This document shows positions 5,117 to 5,908 of a DNA stretch of 5,908 bases, piece after piece; positions within the stretch are counted from its first letter, which is position 1, and each line of letters opens with the position of its first letter. The notes below the pieces were generated by a model, which saw only the letters and a list, made by a program, of their open reading frames with translations, was not told where the DNA came from and made no database searches. This DNA is from Candidatus Vampirococcus lugosii (GTDB lineage Bacteria; Patescibacteriota; Gracilibacteria; Absconditabacterales; Absconditicoccaceae). Position numbers and translations under genes: made by a program. The stretch covers positions 1-5,908 of the forward strand of contig NZ_JAEDAM010000083.1 in assembly GCF_018420025.1 (NCBI RefSeq), written 5' to 3'.

Positions 5117-5908
5117 ATGTCAAATATATATTATATGTTAACATTTACAATAATGTTTAGTTTGGTAGTATTATTAGTTTTTACTATTAGGTCTTTTATG
5201 CTAACAAATGATGCTTATTATTGAGTAAGTTTTGTGTCTATCAATAAAAATTATCAAATAGATACTTTGGACAATATTGATTATGATTCTGAAAACATTA
5301 TTTTTGTAAAAAATATTCCTCAATCTTGTATAGATGATTCTAATCATTCTATATATTGTTTATCAGATTTAAAAAAAAAATGATGATTTTATAATGGAAA
5401 ATGGTTCAAAGGCGAAGATGTTGGTTCTATAAATAATAATTCTTGTAATATAATAGTAGAAAATTGAGAAAGTATACAAACTGCAATAGATAAAGCTAAA
5501 GAAGATTATGTAATATGTTTAAAATCTTGAAATTATGAAGGAGATTTGGAAATAACAAAAGAATGAATTGTTTTAATTAGTATAGGTGAAGATAATGTTC
5601 AAATAGAATGAGACATTGTCTTGTCTGGTGTAGATGAAGATGATTTTAAAATAATTAATATAAGTAATAATTCTTGTGATATAACTGTAGAAAATTGAGA
5701 AAGTATACAAACTGCAATAGATGATGCTCAAGAAGATTATGTGATATGTGTAAAATCTTGAACTTATAAAGAGAATTTAGAAATAGATAAAAAATGAATT
5801 GCTTTAATAGGTGTCGGTACAGATAGATCAATATTGGATGGTACAGATATTAATGAACATTGAATATATATTTATAATTTTGATAATATTGAAATTAAAA
5901 ATATTGAA
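5117..5908 (+). CDS. Membrane-anchored surface protein with a duplicated parallel beta-helix (pectin-lyase-fold, NosD/CASH-like) N-cap module. The 3' end runs off the window.
   Basis: ATG at 5117, open through 5908 for 264 codons. I count 11 in-frame TGA and no TAA or TAG. Translation: MSNIYYMLTFTIMFSLVVLLVFTIRSFMLTNDAYYGVSFVSINKNYQIDTLDNIDYDSENIIFVKNIPQSCIDDSNHSIYCLSDLKKKGGFYNGKWFKGEDVGSINNNSCNIIVENGESIQTAIDKAKEDYVICLKSGNYEGDLEITKEGIVLISIGEDNVQIEGDIVLSGVDEDDFKIINISNNSCDITVENGESIQTAIDDAQEDYVICVKSGTYKENLEIDKKGIALIGVGTDRSILDGTDINEHGIYIYNFDNIEIKNIE... The string SIQxAIDxAxxxDxIxVxxGTYxExLxIxKxIxLxGxG....ldG is the familiar start of right-handed beta-helix surface proteins. Confidence 0.85.
5435..5896 (+). 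repeat. Intragenic tandem duplication of a 231 nt (77 codon) unit, two copies.
   Basis: Copy 1 spans 5435-5665 and copy 2 spans 5666-5896, an offset of exactly 231 nt. The first ~95 nt of each copy differ at about 8 positions and include a 36 nt perfect run (5456-5491 = 5687-5722). The remainder is much more diverged but stays in register at the protein level. Confidence 0.85.

Noticed and set aside
1-5908. Standard-code (table 11) reading, under which the window is mostly non-coding or a field of pseudogenes broken by TGA stops.
   Set aside because: The breaks are exclusively TGA, never TAA or TAG, over frames of 280-516 codons. The read-through products carry complete, ordered family motifs for PDT, the transglutaminase core and the beta-helix cap. 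Decayed pseudogenes would accumulate all three stops and frameshifts.
1-5908. Table 4 (TGA=Trp; Mycoplasma or Spiroplasma, some insect endosymbionts, mitochondria) as the explanation for in-frame TGA in AT-rich DNA.
   Set aside because: TGA sits on conserved Gly positions and aligns with GGT and GGA in internal paralogues. Conserved Trp positions use TGG. TGA=Trp would give implausible Trp contents of about 5-7% and strings such as SWFWADPWW. A search-based check is still desirable.
1-5908. Mobile element, prophage or genomic-island signatures.
   Set aside because: I saw no integrase, transposase or recombinase-like motifs, no terminal inverted repeats flanking a gene, and no tRNA attachment site. 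Composition appears uniform across the window by eye.

Overview
This is a very AT-rich 5.9 kb bacterial fragment, and under the standard code it looks almost non-coding: the ORF track finds only three ORFs of 60 aa or more. Hand translation shows it is densely coding once TGA is read as a sense codon. TGA falls repeatedly on invariant glycine positions of recognisable families: prephenate dehydratase, the transglutaminase-like core, and the parallel beta-helix cap. TGG is used separately at conserved Trp positions. The best reading is therefore NCBI translation table 25 (TGA=Gly), known from Gracilibacteria and Absconditabacteria/SR1 in the CPR; the sequence alone cannot separate those two lineages.

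Under that code the layout is as follows.
- Minus strand: a 5'-complete pilin-like secreted protein (1-320, C-terminus off-window), then a three-gene operon-like block read from 3794 down to 481. That block is a 301 aa transglutaminase-like protein, pheA (279 aa), and a 516 aa secreted transglutaminase-like protein with coiled-coil regions.
- Divergent intergenic region (3795-4186, about 390 nt): two tandem ~60 nt structured repeats flanked by a recurring TGT-N-CTACA box.
- Plus strand: three tandem genes for N-terminally membrane-anchored proteins. The first two are clear paralogues. The third carries a 231 nt intragenic tandem duplication of a beta-helix cap module and runs off the window.

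I saw no rRNA, tRNA, CRISPR array, transposase or integrase. All translations and counts were made by hand from the sequence. All homology statements rest on motif recognition, not database searches.
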